A DNA stretch of 64,000 nucleotides. It comes from Candidatus Thorarchaeota archaeon (GTDB lineage: Archaea > Asgardarchaeota > Thorarchaeia > Thorarchaeales > Thorarchaeaceae). A program made the position numbers and the translations under genes. The notes below the pieces were generated by a model, which saw only the letters and a list, made by a program, of their open reading frames with translations, searched no databases and had not been told where the DNA came from. The stretch lies in the NCBI GenBank assembly GCA_048882385.1, contig JBHLRQ010000003.1, positions 11,126 through 75,125 on the forward strand, read 5' to 3'. Below are positions 27,760 to 37,021 of the stretch, piece by piece. Numbering within the stretch: position 1 is the first letter of the stretch; the number at the start of each line of letters is the position of its first letter.

Positions 27760-28692
27760 TCAGAATTCCTCTTTGAAATCATGGATGGGTGGGAATCTGT
27801 TTCTGCTAGCTTTACTTGAGAATGGCTCGAGCTTATCCCATGACCTATGGAATCTTGCTGGAAATGACCATGGTCTTATCAACAGATATTCTTCGACATC
27901 ATCTGCTGCGTTGTAGGCTTCTAATGCTGACTCAGCTGCTTGTGCAAACTGATGTCGCGCATCATTATCTAAGACCTGTTGACTGAAGACATAGGAGTCC
28001 TCGTACCATTGATATCGAACAACGTATTCATGGTCATCTGGGAAGACACGCTTTATTCTTCTCCAGGGCCAAAAGGTAGACATTTGCTCTAACTGCTCTC
28101 CCGCACCGTAGAAATCAATGGCCATTCCTTCTTTGCAGTATACGTATTCCGGTGGTTTCTCATTGAACTTCGGGTTTGGTTTGTCTGTGCGCCCTTTTCT
28201 GGTCCAATCGTTCCATTCAGCTCGAATCCTACTATACACTTCACAATGGTCGAGAATGTACTTGACCGCTGCAGATGTGCCATGATGAGCCAATCCAGGT
28301 AACGAGGGTCGCTCAAGACGTTCCTCTATCCATGATCTTACTATTGGTACATCTTCAACAGGAATCGTGGACCAGATTGGGAAGACCGCTTTTCCAAAGG
28401 GCATCATGAACAGAAATACGATTCCTGCGGCTGCGACTGGCACGAACTTCTCAGGAATCTCTTCATCAATAGGCCAGGTTTCACCACCTTCTGCAAAATG
28501 AACCTCGGAAACTTCGAATGATATGACCTCATCCCATTCGGCGTCATAGAGTGCAGAGTATACTTTCCTCTTTTTCTCTCGGGGTAGAATGAATCTAGCT
28601 ATGTCCTTATTGATCTGCAACTCATGCATCTTCTCACTGTGTGGACAAATTCCAGTATACTCGACATCTGTCAACCTATCGTCTTTCGTCAT
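27760..28692 (-). CDS. hypothetical Trp-rich protein with one internal hydrophobic helix
   Basis: 310-aa ORF. No motif recognised. Confidence 0.35.
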   Translation of the reverse strand: MTKDDRLTDVEYTGICPHSEKMHELQINKDIARFILPREKKRKVYSALYDAEWDEVISFEVSEVHFAEGGETWPIDEEIPEKFVPVAAAGIVFLFMMPFGKAVFPIWSTIPVEDVPIVRSWIEERLERPSLPGLAHHGTSAAVKYILDHCEVYSRIRAEWNDWTRKGRTDKPNPKFNEKPPEYVYCKEGMAIDFYGAGEQLEQMSTFWPWRRIKRVFPDDHEYVVRYQWYEDSYVFSQQVLDNDARHQFAQAAESALEAYNAADDVEEYLLIRPWSFPARFHRSWDKLEPFSSKASRNRFPPIHDFKEEF

Positions 28693-28833
28693 CTTGGATG
28701 TATCACCCTTGATAGAGCAAGGTCGAGCTGTCAGCTTCTTAAAGATTCTTAAAAGAATACTCCAATGCCATTTTAGAAATCGATACTATTAATTAGCCGT
28801 TCCTACGTGTGAGCAGAGAGAGGACAAACCACG

Positions 28834-29538
28834 ATGAGTCATCGGTCAAAACGTGAAAAACGAAAATTGAGCTTGGAAGAATTCAATTTCGATCCCTCTG
28901 AATTGGATCTGAAGTTTAGTAAGAACCTGCTTACTGTACTAGACGGCTATCGAATAAACCGATGCTATGATCTTGGCTTCATTGACAAGGCAATCAATGA
29001 AGGTAAGGCTCCTCAGAAATTCATCAGGCAGTGGGGGACAATTCGATCTGTGCTACACAAACTCGCTGCCATTGGTCCCAAGGTCGAGGGTGTTGAGTCA
29101 ATGCTAAACAGAAAGCAATACTTCTCATTTGCTTCAATGGCACTGATTACAATTATCGTTCCAATACTTCTTCTCACTTGGGTGTTTCAGTTGGCTTTCC
29201 TTCAAGATTTCTTGGTTCCTCTAGCAATAATCGCAGTCGCGATGGTGATGATTAATTTCTTAGCTGGAGGTGTCTACAATCGTAGAATTGCTTGGGCCAT
29301 TCATGACTATATTGAGGCTAACTCTAATCTTGTTGCTAGGGAACGGAAATATCTTCAGAGGTGGGTACAAATTCTCATCGATCATACAGCTCGAGTGATG
29401 CGAAAGACTGGAGAAGACCCAGAGAAACATCTGATTAAGTTCTTCACTACTGATTATACTGGAATAGATGTCCAACAAGAACCTGGTGGATTCAGAAAGC
29501 ACTATACAGTCATATTAAGATACCCTGCAAAGGATTAG
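28834..29538 (+). CDS. hypothetical membrane protein (2 TM)
   Basis: 234-aa ORF with two hydrophobic helices (ITIIVPILLLTWVFQLAF, LAIIAVAMVMINFLAGGV). Confidence 0.35.
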   Translation: MSHRSKREKRKLSLEEFNFDPSELDLKFSKNLLTVLDGYRINRCYDLGFIDKAINEGKAPQKFIRQWGTIRSVLHKLAAIGPKVEGVESMLNRKQYFSFASMALITIIVPILLLTWVFQLAFLQDFLVPLAIIAVAMVMINFLAGGVYNRRIAWAIHDYIEANSNLVARERKYLQRWVQILIDHTARVMRKTGEDPEKHLIKFFTTDYTGIDVQQEPGGFRKHYTVILRYPAKD

Positions 29539-29581
29539 GCGGCATGAAGGTTAACCTAACTTTATTTAATCCCTAAGAACC

Positions 29582-30697
29582 TTACACGAGTTTCTCAATG
29601 GGCTTGTAGTCTAGATCAAATCCAAAGTGTCGGGGTCCCAAGACCTTGAGTCCTTCTGGATTTCTAAAGATAGATCCTCCCTGCATTCCAATTACGCTGA
29701 CCTTATCCCCTTTTTTGATGTCAGTATTTGTTATAGGTTCTCCACTTTTTTCATCTATTATTTCGATTATATCAGGACTCGTAATCCAGGGTTTTTCATC
29801 CAACCATGTGATATGGTTCTCATTCTTGAACCAGACTTTCATTTTATTTCCAGGTTTTATTCCCGACCCCTTGATCACAGTTTCGCCCCACATATAGCCC
29901 TCTCTGTTCTCCCACCATTTGTCGACTATCTCTCCCCGAAAGAGGATCCATCCTCCGACTTCATCAATTATCTTCTCAGCAGGGTCGTCACCTGATTCTC
30001 TACTCTCTCGAATCAGTCTGCCTACATTGAAGCTCTTTGTCAAGGTTCCTGGTATAATCGCTTTGTGAAAGTCTTTTCCTTGGACTGGAAACGCCACATT
30101 ACCAAGACGCCCCCACGCAACCTCACTAAGCGCCTTTGATAACCTCTCACCCATTTCGTAGTTTATGACATGTTCAACTATACTCTTGTTTCCATACCAA
30201 TCGATAAGTGCCATTGGTGCCATTGAGAATCCAAGCACACAGACAGTGTTCTGACATATCTCTGGAACTGCTCTTCCTGAGTAGTCTCCGTCCACACAGG
30301 GTATTCCATGCTTCACAGCTGCATCTATGGGAGCTGGTGTATTAACACCTCCCAGTTCGAAAGGAGCGACAACTGCAAACTTAACGCCCATATGGTCTTC
30401 AAGAGTCTTCAGACCGACTGCTAGTTCTTTCTCGAAATAGTTCCAGGGAAAACGAGTTCTCAAAGATTCTATCTCTGGTGTTGGAGGAGCAATTGTACCC
30501 GAGTAGTATGCACATGCGACCCAATCGTTGTCTTTTACAGTACTAACATCAACAATATCAATCGTCCTTCCAGCATCAATATGCGGATAGAGCATGTCTA
30601 AACCTAACTGCTTGTCACCACCACCACCAGTTCCAAAGAATGTGCAACCAGTCGTGAGATCATCCACATCATCCCTAGTCTTTAATACAAGAGTCAT
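29582..30697 (-). CDS. DUF917-like protein (GTGGGGD motif family), paralogue of 32777-33895
   Basis: Start moved to the internal Met (MTLVLKTRDDVDDLTTGCTFFGTGGGGDK), which aligns with the paralogue N-terminus MKLSKENAYDMLTGVGILGTGGGGDP. Other shared motifs: PFELGGVNT vs PFELGGTNT, and VDGDYSGRAVPE vs VDGDGLGRSAPE. Confidence 0.5.
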   Translation of the reverse strand: MTLVLKTRDDVDDLTTGCTFFGTGGGGDKQLGLDMLYPHIDAGRTIDIVDVSTVKDNDWVACAYYSGTIAPPTPEIESLRTRFPWNYFEKELAVGLKTLEDHMGVKFAVVAPFELGGVNTPAPIDAAVKHGIPCVDGDYSGRAVPEICQNTVCVLGFSMAPMALIDWYGNKSIVEHVINYEMGERLSKALSEVAWGRLGNVAFPVQGKDFHKAIIPGTLTKSFNVGRLIRESRESGDDPAEKIIDEVGGWILFRGEIVDKWWENREGYMWGETVIKGSGIKPGNKMKVWFKNENHITWLDEKPWITSPDIIEIIDEKSGEPITNTDIKKGDKVSVIGMQGGSIFRNPEGLKVLGPRHFGFDLDYKPIEKLV

Positions 30698-30820
30698 CTT
30701 CGCCAGATTCCAAATTAATTTCTTAAACTGGCTTAAGCTTGCGACTATATATTTCCAATGGAATTTAAAGAAAAAGAGAGTGGAAAGTGCCTTTACACTT
30801 TCCATTTCTAATAGGTACGC

Positions 30821-31762
30821 CTATAGTTCTACTCTGCCAGCTTGGACCTTTCCATCTTCAATTGTAATTAGAAAACCTTTCAGGATTCCCTCTCTGTATT
30901 CTGAACCAGGATTGACACAGAGTGTGCGACCAATCTGACGATATCCTACCGATTCGTGGATATGACCGTGCATTCCTAAAAGAGGTTCATACTTTTCAAT
31001 TACAGCTCTTACCGACTTGCTGCCAACTGGACCAAGAAGCTCATGTGCTCCCGCTTTCATCACTTTATGCTCCTCATCAAGTTGAGGTGCAGTGTCCAAT
31101 CCTGAATTGTGGGGTGGATCATGGAAATTGCAGAGTACATTGGAATAATCATCGGTTTCGAGTCTAGCAAACTCAGCTTCGAGTTTATCCATAAGCTCTT
31201 CATCAGAACATTCTCTGTGGGTGTTCCATGGTGTGGAATTGACCCATTCCAGACTTATCATCGGATAGCCTCTTACATCAACAACTTTCTGAAGAGGATA
31301 GATGACTCTGGGGTCGTTCTTGATAATCTCATCAATTGAATAGTCATCATCGTTTCCTGGATTGACAACAACCATTACTTCTTCAGGAATTTTCTCATTG
31401 GCCATATTCATCCAATTCTGAATTCTCTCGACCATCAACTCTTGAAACAACTTGGTAATTGAACCAGGGGTTTCTCTGAGTTTAGCTAGCTCATTAGGTG
31501 TCAGTATCTTTGGATAATATCCTTCATCTCTTGTAAACTTGAGGAATCTATCAAGATCCTTCTGTTTCTTGAAATCTTTCCTCTTTCCATGGGGCTGTGC
31601 ATACCATCTGTCTTCTTTCTCTTGGATGATTGGCATTATTGCTTTACCAGTGAGGTCTCCACACATCATGGCGACATCAGCTTTGAAAACCTTGGGCGCT
31701 CTGCACATCTTCTCCCAAGTCTGCTCACTTCCGTGTGGATCGGCTGCTAGAAAAATTCTCAT
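30821..31762 (-). CDS. metallophosphoesterase (calcineurin-like)
   Basis: AADPHG, CGDLTG, NPGNDD and GMHGHIHE metal-ligand motifs. Confidence 0.7.
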   Translation of the reverse strand: MRIFLAADPHGSEQTWEKMCRAPKVFKADVAMMCGDLTGKAIMPIIQEKEDRWYAQPHGKRKDFKKQKDLDRFLKFTRDEGYYPKILTPNELAKLRETPGSITKLFQELMVERIQNWMNMANEKIPEEVMVVVNPGNDDDYSIDEIIKNDPRVIYPLQKVVDVRGYPMISLEWVNSTPWNTHRECSDEELMDKLEAEFARLETDDYSNVLCNFHDPPHNSGLDTAPQLDEEHKVMKAGAHELLGPVGSKSVRAVIEKYEPLLGMHGHIHESVGYRQIGRTLCVNPGSEYREGILKGFLITIEDGKVQAGRVEL

Positions 31763-31946
31763 TTCATTACCTCGGGTTATTGTACGTGGGACATCCTTTT
31801 GCTAGTTTAAATCATTAATGGTATAGAGCTATCTCAGCACTTTAATAAGACTTTGAAAAATTGAATATTAACATAGACATGACACAAGATATTAATGTCA
31901 TGCATCACAATCATTGTAGTTATACCGACGACGAGGCACAAAAGAA

Positions 31947-32747
31947 ATGACAGACAAATATGGTCGAATTCTTGACGACTTCATGGATGAAGCATTAAGG
32001 ATTGAGAAGGCTGCAGCTGAATTAGGAATACCACTTAGAGTGATTGGCTGCTTAGCTTTCAGATTGAAGAGCCCTGAGTTCACGGACTTGCATATCAAAA
32101 TGGGCCGTGAAGTAACTGACATCGATTATGTATCCTATTACAAACATCGACAAAAGCTCATCAACCTCTTTCGAGATGACCTTGGATATTACTGGGTGCC
32201 ACCCAGCTTTGCGAGAGCATCTACATTGAGAGATCTTTTCATAGATAAAGAACGCGACAGAAAGATCGATGTATTCTATGATCATTTGGAGTTCTGTCAC
32301 AAGATTGATTTCAAGAAGAACAAACGTCTAGAAGTCGATTCGCCCACAATTCCTTTGGCTGAGTTGTTCTTGGAAAAGACTCAGATTGTTGAGATAAACG
32401 CGAAGGACTTGAAAGATCTGGTAATCACATTTCTAGCACATGATGTCAGTAATCATCATAATGACGAGGATGTAAATGGTGAGTACATCGCAAAGACTCT
32501 TTCTGATGACTGGGGCTTTTATTACACAGTGACTGAGAATATCAAGAAATTCATTAATTTTGTACCCAGTATTACTGAGATTGACCAGAGTCAAAAAGAC
32601 TTGGTGATTTCCAGAGCTAAGAAACTGCATCAGATGATAGAGCATGCTCCCAAGTCTCGAAGTTGGAAGCGTAGAGCTAAGGTCGGTACAAAGCAGCGCT
32701 GGTATAAGTTTGTCCATTCAATGGAAGGAACTCGCGAAGCTAGATAG
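31947..32747 (+). CDS. hypothetical protein (weak nucleotidyltransferase-like N-terminus)
   Basis: RVIGCLAFRL...TDIDYVSY loosely resembles a pol-beta-type NTase G[SC]...DxD motif. The resemblance is not convincing. Confidence 0.3.
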   Translation: MTDKYGRILDDFMDEALRIEKAAAELGIPLRVIGCLAFRLKSPEFTDLHIKMGREVTDIDYVSYYKHRQKLINLFRDDLGYYWVPPSFARASTLRDLFIDKERDRKIDVFYDHLEFCHKIDFKKNKRLEVDSPTIPLAELFLEKTQIVEINAKDLKDLVITFLAHDVSNHHNDEDVNGEYIAKTLSDDWGFYYTVTENIKKFINFVPSITEIDQSQKDLVISRAKKLHQMIEHAPKSRSWKRRAKVGTKQRWYKFVHSMEGTREAR

Positions 32748-32776
32748 ATGAGATACATATGTGAGGTCTTTGAGCA

Positions 32777-33895
32777 ATGAAGCTTTCAAAAGAAAACGCG
32801 TATGATATGCTTACTGGAGTCGGAATTCTCGGAACGGGTGGAGGCGGAGACCCTGTTTCTTTTGGCAAACCGTTGGTAGATTGGGACTATAATAAAGGAA
32901 GAGTCTATGAGATTACGCCGCCAGATGATATCAAAGATGATGCATTCATTGTTTGTGGTGGCTACATGGGCTCAGTCAAAGCATTCACATCAATTGGAGA
33001 CATGCTTGAAGCTTGGGAAACTCGGTATGAGCTCCATGAAGCAATGAAGATTTCAGAACGAATAACTGGAAAGAAAGTAGATCATCTGGTCCCATTTGAA
33101 CTGGGAGGTACCAACACTACCGTAATGCTGTCATTAGCTGCGAGAGCTGGAATCACAACTGTGGATGGAGATGGTCTTGGTAGGTCTGCTCCAGAAACTC
33201 AGATGATTACCTTTGTAGGATATGGAATAGAACTATGTCCGATGCCCGTTGTTTCTAAGAATGGAAGTATCATTATTGTTGACAAGACAACTTCTCCAGC
33301 TCTAGCTGATGAGATCGGACGATTTGCTGTTGTTCAAGATGGAGGTGCAGGTGCGAATAATCACTATTACCAGACTGGTTCACAACTAAAGAAAGCAGTC
33401 ATTCCGGATAGTATCTCTATGTCAGTTGAATTAGGAGCCGCTATACGAGATGCCAATGAGAATAGCAATAACCCGATTGATGCATTTCTTGACAATATGG
33501 GTGGTCAATTTCTAGCTCGAGGAAAGATCGAAGAGGTTAGGGGAGAAGATCGTGCAGGACATTGGCATGTATTGGTTCGAATAAAGTCTGAAAATCTCAA
33601 AGGTCGTTTTGAAATTGTTGTGAAAAATGAATACATGATGGCAATGTCCGAAGGTCAGCCTGTTGTTATGTTTCCCGACCTAATTTGCATGCATGATCCT
33701 GAAACAGGACATGGTATTATGAGCTCTGATCTCAAGAAAGGTTTGGAAGTGGTTGTCACAGCTGTTCCCGCGCATGAGCGACTGCGTTATGCTGGAAGTA
33801 CAGAGATTGGTAAGAAAGCTTTCTCTCCTGAGAGATATGGTCATCCTGAGCTTGAGTACAAGCCAATGGAAGAGATAATAGGGCATCTTCACTAA
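32777..33895 (+). CDS. DUF917-like protein, paralogue of 29582-30697
   Basis: See the paralogue at 29582-30697. Motifs GILGTGGGGDP, PFELGGTNT and VDGDGLGRSAPE. Confidence 0.5.
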   Translation: MKLSKENAYDMLTGVGILGTGGGGDPVSFGKPLVDWDYNKGRVYEITPPDDIKDDAFIVCGGYMGSVKAFTSIGDMLEAWETRYELHEAMKISERITGKKVDHLVPFELGGTNTTVMLSLAARAGITTVDGDGLGRSAPETQMITFVGYGIELCPMPVVSKNGSIIIVDKTTSPALADEIGRFAVVQDGGAGANNHYYQTGSQLKKAVIPDSISMSVELGAAIRDANENSNNPIDAFLDNMGGQFLARGKIEEVRGEDRAGHWHVLVRIKSENLKGRFEIVVKNEYMMAMSEGQPVVMFPDLICMHDPETGHGIMSSDLKKGLEVVVTAVPAHERLRYAGSTEIGKKAFSPERYGHPELEYKPMEEIIGHLH

Positions 33896-33942
33896 CTACC
33901 AGAGTCAGCTATACAAATCATCTGTAAAGGAGACTGATTCAT

Positions 33943-34707
33943 TTGACAAGATTAGCCCTTATTGGTGCAACAGGTATTGATTGGTGGACTGATCCCAAGA
34001 AGAAATCATTTGTTGAACAGCATACTCCGCCAGAATGTGAGATTGGTAACTTCACCCCAAGAAGTGGTACACACAGTGTCGAATCAATGGCTGATGAAGC
34101 ATATAATGCTCCATTCATTTTAGAGCAGATAGTTCGGGCGAACAAAGAGGGCTATGATGCAATTGTAATTGATTGTGCTTGTGATCCGGTTCTTGAGGCT
34201 GGTAGAGAAGTATCTGATGTTCCAGTTATTGGTCCCCGGAACACTGCATTTCATTTGTCTCTTATGCTTGGAACACGTTTTGGTGTGGTGACAGTTCAAG
34301 GTGAATCATTAAAGAAGTGTATAGAACATGGCGTTCGAAAAGAGGGTTTAGACGCCTTCTGTGCTGGAGTTCGTTATCTGAAGATGCCTGTTCTAGAAAT
34401 ATCAAAGAATCCTGCTAATGCTCGGAAACAGATACTTCAGGAGGGTAGAGACCTCATTCAGAATCACGGTGCTGATGTCATTATCCTTGGTTGTACAGCA
34501 CTATCCCATGAAGTAGATCTCAAACCAATTATGGAGGAGCTGAAAGTTCCCATCATTGATCCGTTGGTAGTGGCAATCAAGACTGCATTCATGCTCGTAG
34601 AGTCAGGTCTCTCCCATAGTAAGGTAGCATATCCACACCCTCCGAAGAAGAAAATCAACGAGGCTCCCTGTATAAAGGGTGCTTTTGATGATGTCTTAAA
34701 GGAATGA
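33943..34707 (+). CDS. Asp/Glu/hydantoin racemase family protein
   Basis: AIVIDCACDPVLEAGREVSDVPVIGP and VIILGCTALSHE. Paired Cys-containing motifs such as these are typical of the Asp/Glu/hydantoin racemase fold. Confidence 0.6.
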   Translation: MTRLALIGATGIDWWTDPKKKSFVEQHTPPECEIGNFTPRSGTHSVESMADEAYNAPFILEQIVRANKEGYDAIVIDCACDPVLEAGREVSDVPVIGPRNTAFHLSLMLGTRFGVVTVQGESLKKCIEHGVRKEGLDAFCAGVRYLKMPVLEISKNPANARKQILQEGRDLIQNHGADVIILGCTALSHEVDLKPIMEELKVPIIDPLVVAIKTAFMLVESGLSHSKVAYPHPPKKKINEAPCIKGAFDDVLKE

Positions 34708-34709
34708 AT

Positions 34710-35948
34710 TCATACTCTATTGTTTCTCTTTTCTTTCAATAGAAGTGGAATAATGCCCGCTAAGACTATGATTGATAGCGCAAGGCACATGAGATAGGGA
34801 AGTGCTCCACCAAAATCATCAAGCCATCCTCCAACTATCGGTCCGAGGAATAGCCCAACACCGCCCATACTCTCAACCAACCCTGCATATGCACCTTTCT
34901 CAATCTTGGTTGCTGAAACAATCAGATACAGGGCACCCAAATAACTGAATCCAACTGCGATGCCCGAAATCATCATTGCTATTGTCAACATCCAGAAATC
35001 AATGAAAAAGAAGAGTACACCAGATGAAATGGCAGATAGAACAGCTCCCAGGAGAATGACGGAGCTCATTGATTGTTCAGGAATTCTTGCTGTGATGATA
35101 AAAGCCACCGTTCTAATCCCATTCCAGACAAGAAGCATGTTACCCCAATCTGGTGTAGACAGACCTGGTAATGTTTCTACATATGCTGGGAAGAGAGCAA
35201 GGATGACCGTGGAAATCACACCCCATAGCATAATTGAAAGATATGATGCTATGAATCTTGGACTAGTTTTAGATGGAGTTCCATCACTGATTGAGACCTG
35301 AGATTCAGGAGTATCTTCTATTACTGTTCTTCTTCTTCGATATCCTTGCAGAAATCCACCAATGATTCCGAGCATTATGAATTCTATTGCAATGACAACA
35401 TAGATGCTTGATATAGGACCATAATTACTGTCCATGAATGCAATAACAAATGGACTTAGAATCATTCCAGCACTCCATGCAGTCGAAAAATTCCCTAGGA
35501 CCTCACATTCAGCTTCAGGAGTCAATTCTGCAAGCATCGCCTGGTTTGATGGTGCTATGAAACCATAGACAAATCCTTCGAGTGCCCGAATTGTGATGAG
35601 ATACACTGGAGAGGAGAATGGATTTAGAAAAAGAACTAACACCACGATATACGCGGCGGTGGCAATCATTAGGGCTTTTCGTCGACCAATTCTGTCAGAG
35701 AATCTCCCTCCAAGTGCAGGTGAAATCATATAGACAATCCCAAATGAACCCATTGCCCACCCCATCTCAAAACCGGATCCTCCAAGTTCTCCCACATACC
35801 AGGGAGCAAAGATTTCAGTGGTTCCAAGTGTGAATGTGACGAGGAATGTAGCAATATAAGCAACAAAACGATTCTGTCTTTTCACAGACTCTGGCATATC
35901 TGGTTTCTCATCATCATCTAGGCAGAATGGTTCTGGTGGCTCGAACAT
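34710..35948 (-). CDS. MFS transporter
   Basis: 12 TM helices. MFS signature GGRFSDRIGRRKALM in the TM2-3 loop. Confidence 0.75.
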   Translation of the reverse strand: MFEPPEPFCLDDDEKPDMPESVKRQNRFVAYIATFLVTFTLGTTEIFAPWYVGELGGSGFEMGWAMGSFGIVYMISPALGGRFSDRIGRRKALMIATAAYIVVLVLFLNPFSSPVYLITIRALEGFVYGFIAPSNQAMLAELTPEAECEVLGNFSTAWSAGMILSPFVIAFMDSNYGPISSIYVVIAIEFIMLGIIGGFLQGYRRRRTVIEDTPESQVSISDGTPSKTSPRFIASYLSIMLWGVISTVILALFPAYVETLPGLSTPDWGNMLLVWNGIRTVAFIITARIPEQSMSSVILLGAVLSAISSGVLFFFIDFWMLTIAMMISGIAVGFSYLGALYLIVSATKIEKGAYAGLVESMGGVGLFLGPIVGGWLDDFGGALPYLMCLALSIIVLAGIIPLLLKEKRNNRV

Positions 35949-35961
35949 CTTCTCAATCCTA

Positions 35962-36975
35962 CTATTTCAGCTGATGTGTAAACTCTTCTCCTAGAATCTT
36001 AGCATTATCCACAGGTTCTGTTCCCGGGACGGGGAATGCAACTATTGTGTTTGCGCCTGCATCGATCATTTGTTGAAGCCTTTTAAGACAGGCTTCCTTG
36101 TCGCCAACCAGACAGAGTTCTTTAACGAACTCATCAGTGATGAGCTCTGATAGAAGAGCATTGTCACCCTTCTCTGCTGCCTCGAACATTGCTCTGGTAT
36201 CCTCAGGTTTGACGCCTGCATGTGACATAAGTGGTCCACCTGCTTGAGAATGCGGGAGATATAGCTTGGAGAAATTACGAGCGATATCGATTGCCTTGTC
36301 AAGATCATCATTAATGACCATGGGCATGTATGCTACCATCTCGTAGTCATCTAGGGATTTTCCAACCTTCTTTGCCCCCTTTGCAACTTGGTCCCATGCA
36401 AACTTGACATAGGACGGCGTGCAAAAGATGGATAGAATAACTCCATCGCCAATTTCGCCTGATAGTGCGAGACCTTTGGGACCTTCAAATGCTAAGTAGA
36501 TTGGAACAGTCTTACGAACAGGTTCGAAGACTAGTTTGATGTCTTTCGCAGTGAAGAACTTGTCATCGTGGTTGATGTTCTCTCCTGTCATTATCTTCCG
36601 GACAAGATCAACACATGCACGAGTTCTGGAAAGTGGTTTCTTGTCATAGATACCCATCTGCTCCATCCAGAAAGGCACTCCAGAACCTAGTCCGAAGACA
36701 GTTCTCTTGTTAGACATCTCGTCAATGGTTGCAAACTCCATAGCGATTAATGCTGGATGCCGAGAGTATGGATTCACAACTCCTAATCCAATTCTAATCT
36801 TATTAGTAACCATGGATACTGCTGCCAAATATGGAATGCCACCCCTGAAGAAATAATCCTCAGCAAACCAAGCTGAACCTAGACCTGATTTCTCTGCTAC
36901 CTTTGCTAGCTCAACAGCCTTGCTGACGGGGAAAACACCTGTCATTGCAACACCCAGTTCTTTGAATCCTTTCAT
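35962..36975 (-). CDS. luciferase-like monooxygenase (LLM) family, F420-dependent oxidoreductase-like
   Basis: 337 aa with the LLM/Mer-like pattern (LGVVNPYSRHPALIAMEFATIDEMS...GLGSG). Confidence 0.65.
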   Translation of the reverse strand: MKGFKELGVAMTGVFPVSKAVELAKVAEKSGLGSAWFAEDYFFRGGIPYLAAVSMVTNKIRIGLGVVNPYSRHPALIAMEFATIDEMSNKRTVFGLGSGVPFWMEQMGIYDKKPLSRTRACVDLVRKIMTGENINHDDKFFTAKDIKLVFEPVRKTVPIYLAFEGPKGLALSGEIGDGVILSIFCTPSYVKFAWDQVAKGAKKVGKSLDDYEMVAYMPMVINDDLDKAIDIARNFSKLYLPHSQAGGPLMSHAGVKPEDTRAMFEAAEKGDNALLSELITDEFVKELCLVGDKEACLKRLQQMIDAGANTIVAFPVPGTEPVDNAKILGEEFTHQLK

Positions 36976-37021
36976 TTTTTATCACACTCGTCAATAAGAA
37001 AAGAAGAGGGGACGGACTCCC

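Noticed and set aside
31947-32747. cGAS/DncV-like nucleotidyltransferase (CBASS) interpretation of the 266-aa protein
   Set aside because: The G[SC]...DxD spacing is atypical. The protein is short for a CD-NTase, and no effector or Cap genes are adjacent.
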